Below, piece by piece: positions 42,924-52,207 of a stretch of 64,000 bases of DNA (positions within the stretch are counted from its first letter, which is position 1; the number at the start of each line of letters is the position of its first letter). Under the pieces are notes generated by a model that had not been told where the DNA came from, made no database searches, and saw only the letters and a list, made by a program, of their open reading frames with translations. The translations under genes and the position numbers were made by a program. The DNA comes from an uncultured Rickettsiales bacterium (GTDB lineage: Bacteria > Pseudomonadota > Alphaproteobacteria > Rickettsiales > JABCZZ01): assembly GCA_964454545.1 (NCBI GenBank), contig CAYVTI010000003.1, forward strand, positions 6,676 to 70,675, given 5' to 3'.

Positions 42924-45900
42924 TTTGATTCTCCTGTTGATTTAGTAAGTGCGTCTTGCACAGGAGCTTCATTCATAACTTCATCTTTTGCCAAATGCAA
43001 CTTGTTAGAATCTATATGGAATTTAAATTCCGGTAGTGTTACAATCAAAACGGCGTCATATCCGTCGCTTATATAGCTAACCCATGGTAAATCTTTTAAT
43101 TTCTTAATGTCCGACGTGGCAACCGGACGGGTGAAAGTGATCAGCAGTTCGTGATTATGCCTGAAAGTCGCAAGATTTTTTATGGGTGTAATCAGGCCCG
43201 GCAGATCCATCGATGTTAATAGCTTATGTTTTCCGCTTTGCCATCCCGGCATTCCGGCGATGACGGATCTGGCGTTGCCATAGTGACCGATCTCGATCAG
43301 GATATCAGCCATATTCTGGCGGATTTCCGGGTTCTGGGGATAATCCTGCAGGGCGGCATCAAGTGTTTTAATGCCTGCCGCCTCATCTCCTGCCCATATC
43401 TGGCTTTGGGCTTTTACCTTTATGTTTTCAGGGGTTTGCGGCACAGGGCTATTTTCCATGAGCGAAAGCGCCTTGCGGTAATACGGTTCCGCCACTTTCC
43501 TGTCCTGATCCTTACGCAGGGTTTCCGCGTAATAGAAATAGGCGAGATACGCTTTCGGATCATGGGTATCTTCAGGTTTATACTGATTAATATACTGCCC
43601 CAGGTATTTCCGGGCGGACGTATAATCCGCCTGCTCGAAAGCAGATATGCCGGTTTCGCGGAGCGCCATGTAATTTCCCGGCTCCAGCGCCGTTATTTCC
43701 TCATAGGCCTTGCGCGCATCGTCCCTCAGGCCGAAATCCTGTGCCATACTGGCGTATTTCTTCAGCAGTATAGTATTGCCCGTGCGCTTTGCCTCCCCGG
43801 CATAATAGGCGCTTTTTCCAGCCAGCTTGCCTTCTTCCGCCAGTGCCTCGAAATAGGTATCCGCTACTTCCGGCACCGCTATGGTTTCCGGATGGCGGGT
43901 TACAAAACCTTCCAGATATGCGGTGGAACCGGCATTGCCGATAAGCGCTGCCCAGAGCCTTTTTTCTGCAGGATTGAATTCTGCATTATAACGCCTTTCA
44001 AGCCATTCCACGCGCGTGGCCGCAGGCTTGGGCCCCCAGATATACATCAATTCGCTTACAGGCGTGCTTTTGGCGCCTGCATGTTCCGCAAGCTGCATGA
44101 ATACCGGCTCCGCGTCCGACTTGAACCCGTGATCGATAAGCACGTAGGCAATATCTTCCTTGTCCGCAGTGGCGGTTTTCGGATCGTTCAAGGCCTTCAC
44201 CCAGTAGGGGCGGGCTTCGTCATAGCGGCCTTTTTTATCCAGAAGCTGCGCATAGAGCATGGTCCATTCTCCTCCTGCCGCAAGCGCCTGCGCCTTGAAA
44301 TGCGGCAAGGCCAGACCGGTTTCATTCACGTCGATAAGCGCGTGCAGGACAGCAATCTTCTGCTTTTCCGACAGAGTGCCGGAATTAAGCTGCGTATTTG
44401 CGAATGTGACCAGTTCCTTGCGGTATTCTTTGCGCCAGGGCGCGAGTTTCACCAGGGCAGTCAGGTAAGTGTCCTCGTCTTCCGGCAGCATGTTGCCGCC
44501 GCTGATGCCGCGCAGGGTTTTTACCGCCTGCTCATATTGCTTTGCCGCCACATACGCAGCCGCAAGCAGGCTGCGTCCCAGCTCGCTTTCATACTTGCCG
44601 CGGAAAATTTGCGCCATATGCACGGCGGTGTTGAACCTGCTGTTATCATAGGCGGCATAGAACAGATCGGTCAGCAAATGCTCATTGACCATTTCCGGAT
44701 GCGTGTCGAGCCATGATTTTACTTCGCTGTCCTTACCCCGGGCAGCCTGCAATAATATATAAACATGTCCAATGGCCGGGGATTTATCACGGTTTTTTCC
44801 GGCACCGGCAATATAATTATAACCGTTGTCCGCTTCATGCAGCTGCAGGTATATGTCCCCGATGGTGGCGATTTCAGAATCAGAAAGTTGGCTCTGATCC
44901 GGCAGATTGGCAAGCAGGTGCGTTGCGCACAGGCTGCGGTTGAAGTGGGCGCATATATCCGCGATCTCCAGAGTCTGCTCGTGGGTGAAACCCAGCGTGT
45001 CAAGGCGCGACAGCAGTTCCGGCGCATCCTGATGCTGGCTGGCGACCGCAAGCGCCGCGGAGATAACCGGATACAGCTTGCGCGATTCCTCATCGCTGAA
45101 GCTCTGGTTGATACGGTTAAGCAGATCGCTGTCATCCTCGGTGATGGACATTTCAATGAGTTTCAATACGTCCTGTTCCGGCATGGTGTTAAGCGGTACG
45201 TCCTTCATCAGATCCTGCGAAAGCTCGGTTTCACCGCGTTCGACGGCAAGCAGCAACAAATTTCCCGCAAGCGCTGGCGGCAATTTCTTGTCTTTATGAA
45301 GCTTTTCCAGCCGCCTGAATATTGCATCATCGGCGTTTTCCGATAATTTCAGATAGATGTAGGCTTCCAGCAATTTGGGATTGGCGTCAATTTTGTCCTC
45401 ACTGTAGCGGCTCATGAGGTTTTCCGCCATAGCGGCGCTGCCTTTAAAATGCGCTATGTTGATGAGTTCGGCAGCTTCTTCGATATTATTGCTTTTATCA
45501 AGCCAGCTTTCCAAGGTTTTCTTAGCATCTTCCGGCTGCCTGTTATCAAACAACAGGGAAACCAACAGCACTTCATTGGCGAACGTGAAGTGTTCCGGAT
45601 CGGATTTCCGCAACTGGCTGAGCGTATCGATGGCCCCTGCATAGTCATGCCGCGAAGCCTGGATATTAGCCAGATCACTGAAATGTTTCGGATTTTTTCC
45701 TTTTTCCGCAGCAATCAGCTCCCTTAAGACCTGTGCTTGCTTGTCGTAATCGCCTTTGAAATTATATAAATAGGATAAATTGCTCAGATCGTTTGTATTG
45801 GGCCTTATCTTGTTGATTGCTTCCAGATTGTTCATGTACTGGTCCGTACGCTGGTCGTACTGGTAAAGCGTGCCGAGCTTGATTCTTGCCTCCAGGTTGC

Positions 45901-46171
45901 CGGGGTGAGCCGCCACGAATTTTTCCATGGTCTCAATCGCTTTATTTATATTGCCTTTCTGCAGGTACAGATCGCTTAAGTTATTAGCCACTTCCATATT
46001 AAGCGTGCCAGCCGCCAACTCTTTTTCATACGCCGCTCTGGCATCTTCAAAATGCTTGTCTTTCAGCTGCATCAACGCCAGTTCCTGTGAGCTAGGTATA
46101 AGGAAAAAACTTACAACTATGGCAATCAGCACCGGAGCCGCTATGATAAGATATTGTTTTCTTGGCAGCAT
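42920..46171 (-). CDS. pelB: PelB-like TPR scaffold protein (no porin domain)
   Basis: 1083 aa. N-terminal TM segment, then TPR repeats throughout, then a roughly 110-aa non-TPR tail. It sits between the pelA-like and pelD-like genes. Confidence 0.7.
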   Translation of the reverse strand: MLPRKQYLIIAAPVLIAIVVSFFLIPSSQELALMQLKDKHFEDARAAYEKELAAGTLNMEVANNLSDLYLQKGNINKAIETMEKFVAAHPGNLEARIKLGTLYQYDQRTDQYMNNLEAINKIRPNTNDLSNLSYLYNFKGDYDKQAQVLRELIAAEKGKNPKHFSDLANIQASRHDYAGAIDTLSQLRKSDPEHFTFANEVLLVSLLFDNRQPEDAKKTLESWLDKSNNIEEAAELINIAHFKGSAAMAENLMSRYSEDKIDANPKLLEAYIYLKLSENADDAIFRRLEKLHKDKKLPPALAGNLLLLAVERGETELSQDLMKDVPLNTMPEQDVLKLIEMSITEDDSDLLNRINQSFSDEESRKLYPVISAALAVASQHQDAPELLSRLDTLGFTHEQTLEIADICAHFNRSLCATHLLANLPDQSQLSDSEIATIGDIYLQLHEADNGYNYIAGAGKNRDKSPAIGHVYILLQAARGKDSEVKSWLDTHPEMVNEHLLTDLFYAAYDNSRFNTAVHMAQIFRGKYESELGRSLLAAAYVAAKQYEQAVKTLRGISGGNMLPEDEDTYLTALVKLAPWRKEYRKELVTFANTQLNSGTLSEKQKIAVLHALIDVNETGLALPHFKAQALAAGGEWTMLYAQLLDKKGRYDEARPYWVKALNDPKTATADKEDIAYVLIDHGFKSDAEPVFMQLAEHAGAKSTPVSELMYIWGPKPAATRVEWLERRYNAEFNPAEKRLWAALIGNAGSTAYLEGFVTRHPETIAVPEVADTYFEALAEEGKLAGKSAYYAGEAKRTGNTILLKKYASMAQDFGLRDDARKAYEEITALEPGNYMALRETGISAFEQADYTSARKYLGQYINQYKPEDTHDPKAYLAYFYYAETLRKDQDRKVAEPYYRKALSLMENSPVPQTPENIKVKAQSQIWAGDEAAGIKTLDAALQDYPQNPEIRQNMADILIEIGHYGNARSVIAGMPGWQSGKHKLLTSMDLPGLITPIKNLATFRHNHELLITFTRPVATSDIKKLKDLPWVSYISDGYDAVLIVTLPEFKFHIDSNKLHLAKDEVMNEAPVQDALTKSTGESK

Positions 46172-46271
46172 AATAACTTAGTTAATTATTATTAATAAGT
46201 CTAAAACGGCGAAGCGGAAAATAGCGGAAAAATATTTTTATTCAACCAGAAAAGTAAATCTTCTTTAACAA

Positions 46272-46302
46272 AACAACCTATGATTATGTAAATTAGGTTG
46301 TT
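46272..46302 (-). other. 9-bp inverted repeat in the pelA-pelB gap
   Basis: AACAACCTA (46272-46280) / TAGGTTGTT (46294-46302) with a 13-nt loop. Confidence 0.4.
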
Positions 46303-46442
46303 GCATGAAATATGGTTATACCAGTTTATGGATTGTATATCAATATATATCAGTAAGATAACGCGATAGACTGCTCGTACACGCAGATATTTATTTGATT
46401 CTCTCCGGGTTGCCCCCTCAGCTTGCCGCGCAAGAAATTGCC

Positions 46443-46463
46443 ATGCCGCACTTGTTGCGGCAT
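46443..46463 (-). other. 8-bp hairpin just downstream of the pelA-like gene
   Basis: ATGCCGCA-CTTGT-TGCGGCAT. On the operon strand it is preceded by GGCTGGATGCC, which resembles the GCTGGATGCC word and the adjacent hairpin of the 103-nt repeat. Confidence 0.4.
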
Positions 46464-46517
46464 CCAGCCTTGCAGTGGGGGTGTTTATAAGATCGAAAAC
46501 TTGCAACAGTAATGGCT

Positions 46518-48905
46518 TTATATACGGCGGATAGTGATTTCCAGTGGTTCTTCGGTCGCTTTATTCTTCAGGGAGAAGCTGATAAGTCCGTTGTTTCCCG
46601 CATGCACACGTGTCTGCAAAGACTTACCTTTCCTGTCACGGCTCGTTACCCGGTATTCCGCTCCGGCGTCGCCTTTCCATACCATGTTGCCCTTTCCATA
46701 TCCGTCGGCATCGAATTCTACATCGCCGCCATTGCGATGAAGGTTCTTTATTTTCCAGTTGCTCTGGACGAGATACATTTTTCCGCTTGCGTTCCGGCCT
46801 TTATGCACAACCATGTATATGTCCTCGGCGGCTGGGTCCAGCGCCACGTAAAGGCTATCGTTGAAAACATGCTGTCCCATGACGCCGCGCGAAGCATTGA
46901 AATCAATGCTCAGATCGGTGGCATCGTCAAAGCGTAAGGTCTCCAGGTTGCCGCGATTCTTAATGTGCCAGGCATGTTCACCCTCCGGAATGATCTCCGT
47001 AGTGTAGAACCCGTTAGCTATAGCAGCGTAATCGCTTGCGGTGATCGGGATGAGATCCTGCGTGCGCGCATAATCCAGATTGTCTTTGATAGCGCTAACC
47101 CCTGCTTCCTTTTGTCCGGAAAACATGTGGAAATAAAGATTGAACGGGCTGACGCGGATCGGCTTATTGGTATTTTCAACCGTGGCCTGGAGATATTTAT
47201 AACCATAGAATCGGTCAGTCCATTCGTCAGTATAGGTTTCTTCATTACTGTTGGAGGAGAATATCTGGCGTTCCTTGCCGATTTTTATGCCGATCGGCGC
47301 CACGAAGGAATAAGACGGATATTCGCCGTCGAAGCGTGAATCTCCCCCGTTAATATTAAGCAGGCCCGCCTTACGTGTCATCGCTATCGCGGCTTCAAAG
47401 GGGCTGGTATCGCCCGGCCATTGCAACAGGATAATCTTCTTGTCAGGCGGTGACAATCTTTTTACGGTTGCAACCGAGGTATAGATTTCCTGTTTCAGAT
47501 CGAACGGCGTGCAGGCGTAGCTGCGCGGCATGTAGCCGTACTCTTTTAATATTTCGTCTTCTGATTTTATCTTTTTATAAGGTAAAAGCTGATCCGTTTC
47601 CTTTTCGTTCTTGCTGGCTTCATGCGCATTGCCCAGCGAGGAGTCTACATGGATTTCCGGCCACCTGTCGTTATTATAAAGCACCTTGTTTTTTAACAGG
47701 CTGACAGCCGAAAATCTTTCTGCTGGCTTGAGCGGATAGTATTTAAGGTAAGGTTTTTCTTTTTCCGGCGTATAGTCTTCAAAGAAATGCCAGTACAAAG
47801 GGTGGCTGTAGGTATGGCTACTCGGCTCCACATTGGGCAGCGCAAAAATCCTGCGGGCGACGATTTCGCTGTCCGGCACGGCGAAGCAATCCGGATCGAC
47901 GTCTTCGCTAATTAGTCCGACGCTGAAGGCGAAATCCGGGTAATTCTTCAGTATTTCCCTGTAAATCACGTCCGCCGACAGGGTGCTTGTCTTATTATAT
48001 CGTTCTATTTCCGATATGTTGTTCCAGCCGTCGCCATCTATATGCGCGTAAAATATCCGTCGCCCGTCCAGGGTGGTGGTGTCAGGGATGGGGACGGTTT
48101 TGATATTGAGCGACCTGCTCAGGAACAGGAAGGGATTAATAATCCACTCGAATTCATCATCCTCTACTATTTTTGTTTCCTTGCCGGCTGAATGTTCCTT
48201 TATCTTCTTTTTTAAGGCTATTTCTTCGAGGAAGATATATCCTTGCGCGGCAAATCCGCCGTTAGGGCTGGTTATCACCATATCAAAATTCGCATTGTTA
48301 TCAGTTGAATCGCTGATATGCATCCGCAGATGGCTTACACTTTTGCTTCCCGGCAGGATGTGAAATCCGGGAATTTCAGGAAAGGGCGGTTTGAGTTTCC
48401 GCTCAAAGCCTACCATGCTTTTATCTATATAAGTAATTTCCGCATTATAGGTAAACTGGTTCCAGCCCGCGTCGTCCTGCACCCCTATATATCCCAGGAT
48501 TGCATTCCATGCCTGTATGATGTTGTGGTCTTTAAGATACGCCTTCTGAATACCGGGATCCCCCATGATTATCAGCTTCTTTCCCTGGCGGGTGATGTTT
48601 TTGAGCCAGTTCAGGTAGGCATGGATGTCGGGGACTTTAGTTCCCGGATTAAACCATATCACGACTCCTGCCACATCATCTCCCAATGCGGGAAGCGGTG
48701 AATGAATATCGTAGTAATTGATGTCATATCCCAGGTGATTGGCGGGCATTTCCAGAAAATTATGAATATTAGACGCTCTTGGGGTTGGCTCGACATGGCT
48801 GTCATAGAGGGCGGCAAGAATGCGGGCTACCGGCTTTTCTACGGCAAAACTGTTATAGGGCTGGAATAGGAGAAATAGGGCGGCGGTGAAAAATATCTTT
48901 TTCAT
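46518..48905 (-). CDS. pelA: PelA-like polysaccharide deacetylase, without a recognisable N-terminal hydrolase domain
   Basis: Signal peptide MKKIFFTAALFLLFQPYNSFA from ATG 48905 (ATGA overlap with the pelX stop). CE4-like HIDGDGW and SSHTYSHP motifs. None of the GYISLGE / DTxDS / NRGF hydrolase motifs is seen. Confidence 0.65.
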   Translation of the reverse strand: MKKIFFTAALFLLFQPYNSFAVEKPVARILAALYDSHVEPTPRASNIHNFLEMPANHLGYDINYYDIHSPLPALGDDVAGVVIWFNPGTKVPDIHAYLNWLKNITRQGKKLIIMGDPGIQKAYLKDHNIIQAWNAILGYIGVQDDAGWNQFTYNAEITYIDKSMVGFERKLKPPFPEIPGFHILPGSKSVSHLRMHISDSTDNNANFDMVITSPNGGFAAQGYIFLEEIALKKKIKEHSAGKETKIVEDDEFEWIINPFLFLSRSLNIKTVPIPDTTTLDGRRIFYAHIDGDGWNNISEIERYNKTSTLSADVIYREILKNYPDFAFSVGLISEDVDPDCFAVPDSEIVARRIFALPNVEPSSHTYSHPLYWHFFEDYTPEKEKPYLKYYPLKPAERFSAVSLLKNKVLYNNDRWPEIHVDSSLGNAHEASKNEKETDQLLPYKKIKSEDEILKEYGYMPRSYACTPFDLKQEIYTSVATVKRLSPPDKKIILLQWPGDTSPFEAAIAMTRKAGLLNINGGDSRFDGEYPSYSFVAPIGIKIGKERQIFSSNSNEETYTDEWTDRFYGYKYLQATVENTNKPIRVSPFNLYFHMFSGQKEAGVSAIKDNLDYARTQDLIPITASDYAAIANGFYTTEIIPEGEHAWHIKNRGNLETLRFDDATDLSIDFNASRGVMGQHVFNDSLYVALDPAAEDIYMVVHKGRNASGKMYLVQSNWKIKNLHRNGGDVEFDADGYGKGNMVWKGDAGAEYRVTSRDRKGKSLQTRVHAGNNGLISFSLKNKATEEPLEITIRRI

Positions 48906-49825
48906 AATGCCTTTAATGTCCATTCCAGGCCGTTTTGCAAAAGAGTGCTTGCGGTGAATCCTATCTCTCTCCGGCTTAATTCCGGGTTGCCAGCGGAGAA
49001 ACGTATGTCTCCCGCGCGTCTTTCACTGTAGGATATTGCGGATTCTGATCGGGTCACTGTGCGGATGATATGAGCCAGCTCGTTGATCGAGGTCTGTATG
49101 CCGGTGCAGAGGTTGTATACGCCGTAGCTGGTTTTCTTTTCCTCAAGCGCGCGTATGGCCATGAGAAGGCCGCGGGCGATGTCGCCGACATAGATGAAGT
49201 CGCGTGTCTGCAGGCCGTCGCCATATATGGTGACCGGCATGTGCCGCCTCATGCGGTTGGCGAAAATCGAAATCACACCGGAATAAGGGTTCGCGGGATC
49301 CTGCCTCGGGCCGTATACGTTGAAAAAGCGCAGGCCCGCGGCCGGTATGCCGTGTATGGTGTGGGCGATGCGCGCCTGCATCTCGCAGACAAGCTTGTCC
49401 ACTCCGTAAGCGGAAAGCGGCGAGCAGGGAACGGTTTCCTTAAGCGGGATGTCGGGGCAGTCGCCATAGGCGGCCGCCGAGGACGCGAATACGACTGGCA
49501 GGGGGCGCTTTTTCTTCACGAGCGCGTCAAACAGCGCTACCGCGCCGCTCTGATTGACCTGGTGGGTCCTGAGCCAGTTTTCCGCCGACTGCTGCACCGA
49601 GACGATGGCGGCGAGGTGGAAGCAGCCGTCAACGGACCCTATTATGGTGTCAAAGATGCCGGGTGTGGTGATGTCTTCCACTATAAGCTTTACATGCGAG
49701 GGGATGTTTTCGCGTTTCCCGGTTGAAAGATTATCGATGACGGTCACGCCGTGACCGTTCTTCAAAAGTAATTCCACTAAATGCGAGCCGATAAAGCCGC
49801 AACCGCCTGTGACCAGATAATGCAT
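48902..49825 (-). CDS. pelX: NAD-dependent sugar epimerase (PelX-like UDP-GlcNAc/UDP-Glc 4-epimerase, SDR family)
   Basis: MHYLVTGGCGFIGSH Rossmann motif and the YGVDK (YxxxK) motif. It is the first gene of the pel operon. Confidence 0.75.
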   Translation of the reverse strand: MHYLVTGGCGFIGSHLVELLLKNGHGVTVIDNLSTGKRENIPSHVKLIVEDITTPGIFDTIIGSVDGCFHLAAIVSVQQSAENWLRTHQVNQSGAVALFDALVKKKRPLPVVFASSAAAYGDCPDIPLKETVPCSPLSAYGVDKLVCEMQARIAHTIHGIPAAGLRFFNVYGPRQDPANPYSGVISIFANRMRRHMPVTIYGDGLQTRDFIYVGDIARGLLMAIRALEEKKTSYGVYNLCTGIQTSINELAHIIRTVTRSESAISYSERRAGDIRFSAGNPELSRREIGFTASTLLQNGLEWTLKAL

Positions 49826-50242
49826 AATTCTGTCAATATAATCTTATAGGGTTAAAATAAGGTGAATCTTTGCAGCATAATTGTTCCCGGGCGTTATGCG
49901 ATGCCCGGAATTAATCCTGCCGGACGGCGGAACTTAATTTGCATTGCGTAAGGAAACAATTATTTTGACACGAAAGAAAGCCCCATCTTCTATATGCGCT
50001 GCCAGAACGATTAAGTCAGGACAATATACAGATATTTAATTACAATTTCCAGAGGAAACAGGATAAAAGTTAATGCGCATTAACATCAAGTGACTGCAGG
50101 GGCTGTGTTATTGCCGGGTTAAGGGCAATAATTTGACCTCTTTCGCGACTGATAGCGTATCTTTTTGTTTTTCCTCGCCCCCCTTTAGGGGGAGAGGGGG
50201 AATCTTTTACAACCGCTTGCCCGTACAGTCGCGAGAGAAGTC

Positions 50243-50345
50243 TAATATACCGCGCCAGACGGCGCTCTTGCCGGATGCCAGCTTGCGCTAAAATAAATAG
50301 TAAAAGCAAATACCTATTCATTCAATTGTCCAGAACTGAGGTTAA
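50243..50345 (+). repeat. 103-nt intergenic repeat, copy 2
   Basis: Homologous to 5688-5790, including the exact 19-mer at 50253-50271. It lies in the 530-bp gap between the asparaginase-like gene and the pel operon start. Confidence 0.7.
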
Positions 50346-50358
50346 TTACGTCAATTGC

Positions 50359-50949
50359 TTACCGTCCGCTCGGTCCCACGATGAAGCGTGAGTTTTCAAG
50401 ACTGGCCTTACGGTCTTTTTCCACTTTCTGCGGATCAAAAAAGCCCATACGTTTTGTTCCGGTGTCACGCGCCGCAATATATACGCCCGCAGGTTGTGTG
50501 GCGATATTGGCGAGCGTGTAGCGTAGCGTTTCCACGCCGTCGCTTTCATGTTTCCTGTGCATGGAAAGCGGTACCATCGCGCCTGCAAATACTACCACTT
50601 TATCACCGTCTCCCAGCTCTGCCTGTAATGCGGTGGAGTTCTTTACCATGGCATCGGTGCCGTGGGTGATAACAAAAAACCTGTGATCATCCTCTTTTAT
50701 GAGTTTCGCGAGCGCTTGTATGTCATCCGGGGTAAAGAGCTGGCTGTCTTTGACAAAGCGATCTTCTTCCCACCTGCCCCAGGTAAAGCCGTCCACGTTC
50801 TTATGGTTAGGCATGGATGCCACTGCAGGCATGATAAGGCTTTTATCACCCTTTAGCGTATCCACAAACTTAGGAGGATTCTTCGGATCTGCGTAAGGTT
50901 CCGAATCTATCGTGCCGCCCGTGCGGATGAGCAGTATCCTGTTGTCCAT
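50359..50949 (-). CDS. Asparaginase-family (N-terminal domain only) protein
   Basis: 196 aa. LLIRTGGTIDS threonine motif and HGTDAM block. Confidence 0.7.
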   Translation of the reverse strand: MDNRILLIRTGGTIDSEPYADPKNPPKFVDTLKGDKSLIMPAVASMPNHKNVDGFTWGRWEEDRFVKDSQLFTPDDIQALAKLIKEDDHRFFVITHGTDAMVKNSTALQAELGDGDKVVVFAGAMVPLSMHRKHESDGVETLRYTLANIATQPAGVYIAARDTGTKRMGFFDPQKVEKDRKASLENSRFIVGPSGR

Positions 50950-51039
50950 ATTCCAAGCGCCAAATAATACTTCCGCATTATGCCTGAAATGCCAAATGGT
51001 TGCAATGGACTAATAGATCGAGCAACAAGAACAAAATAG

Positions 51040-51354
51040 TTAATTCACTGGATTTCTTAGAAAATAGAACCATACTGCCACCATCAGGTTGACCGATACC
51101 AGCAGTGTCGCCGCGACATGCCACGGCGTGAGGCTGGCGCCTTCGGCAAGTAGAATCGCGCCTGCCGGCCCGAACAGGCATATGACCGTGAAAACCACCA
51201 GCCAGCGCGCTTTCGCATGGGCGAAGTTCACTGTCCAGCCGAACGATGGATTAGGTTTTGGCACGATGATTCGCGGATCTTTCGCGCAGTTATAACCCCA
51301 TGCGTTCCAATGCGCCGGATCTTGCCATAACCTGTCGAATTGTTCAGGAGTCAT
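51040..51354 (-). CDS. Small membrane protein, DUF5808-like
   Basis: 104 aa. DPRIIVPKPNPSFGWTVNF followed by two TM segments. Confidence 0.5.
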   Translation of the reverse strand: MTPEQFDRLWQDPAHWNAWGYNCAKDPRIIVPKPNPSFGWTVNFAHAKARWLVVFTVICLFGPAGAILLAEGASLTPWHVAATLLVSVNLMVAVWFYFLRNPVN

Positions 51355-51369
51355 AAAGTCACAGAAAAC

Positions 51370-52167
51370 TTATTTAAATACCCGCTTCAGGAATTTTTCA
51401 AACTCCGCCCATGATTTTTTATCGGCCTCTGCATTATAGGCCATGCCCTTGCTATTGTCGTTACCGGACGCGGGGTTGGTGAAGGCATGCACCGCGCCGG
51501 GATAAGAGACAAATTTCAAATCCACTTTGGCGCCGCTCATCTCTTTTTTAAACGCCGCCACTTCCGCAGGCGGCACGAAAGGATCATCCGCGCCGTGCAT
51601 GACGAGCACGGGGCCCTTGATATTCTTCGCGTCCTCCGGCATCGGCGTTGCCAGCCCGCCGTGGAAGCTTGCCGTGCCGGAAAGCGGCGCGCCGCTTCGT
51701 GCGAACTCGAGCGCGGCGGTGCCGCCGAAGCAGTATCCCATTACCAGCATTTTCGCCGGGTTTACCTCTTTCATCATGGAGAGTTTGTCATACGCAGCAC
51801 GTACGCGCGCGCGCAGCAGCTTGCGATCGCCTTTATATTTTCCGGAGAGCTTCGCCGCTTCATCCGTGTCGGCGGGGCGCACGCCTTCGCCATATATATC
51901 AGCGGCAAAAGCGACATATCCTTCTTTCGCCAGCTCGTCGGCCTTGTCCCGGGTGAACTGGCTGATGCCCATCCAGTCGTGCACGATGACGATTCCCGGG
52001 CGCGGCATTCTTATCCTGTCGTCATAGGCGACATATCCCTCTAAAGTTGCTCCGTCGCCTGATGTGTAATTGACAGTCTGGCCTTTTACTGCGGCCATCG
52101 CGTTGCCCGTTATCATGGCTGAGCTTAACAAAGCCAGCAGGATCATTTTGATCATTGTATTCTCCAT
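51370..52167 (-). CDS. Dienelactone hydrolase family protein (secreted)
   Basis: Signal peptide, then GIVIVHDWMGI, GYCFGG (nucleophile elbow) and GADDPFV blocks. Confidence 0.8.
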   Translation of the reverse strand: MENTMIKMILLALLSSAMITGNAMAAVKGQTVNYTSGDGATLEGYVAYDDRIRMPRPGIVIVHDWMGISQFTRDKADELAKEGYVAFAADIYGEGVRPADTDEAAKLSGKYKGDRKLLRARVRAAYDKLSMMKEVNPAKMLVMGYCFGGTAALEFARSGAPLSGTASFHGGLATPMPEDAKNIKGPVLVMHGADDPFVPPAEVAAFKKEMSGAKVDLKFVSYPGAVHAFTNPASGNDNSKGMAYNAEADKKSWAEFEKFLKRVFK

Positions 52168-52207
52168 CCATTATTGACAGAATACTTCTCATAAGAGGTG
52201 ATTTACT

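Noticed and set aside
5688-50345. The two 103-nt repeats read as attL/attR of a 44.5-kb mobile element.
   Set aside because: The interval contains core genes (argS, nagZ, gdhB, coaD, mazG, fdxA). The repeats are only about 75 percent identical, and no integrase is present.
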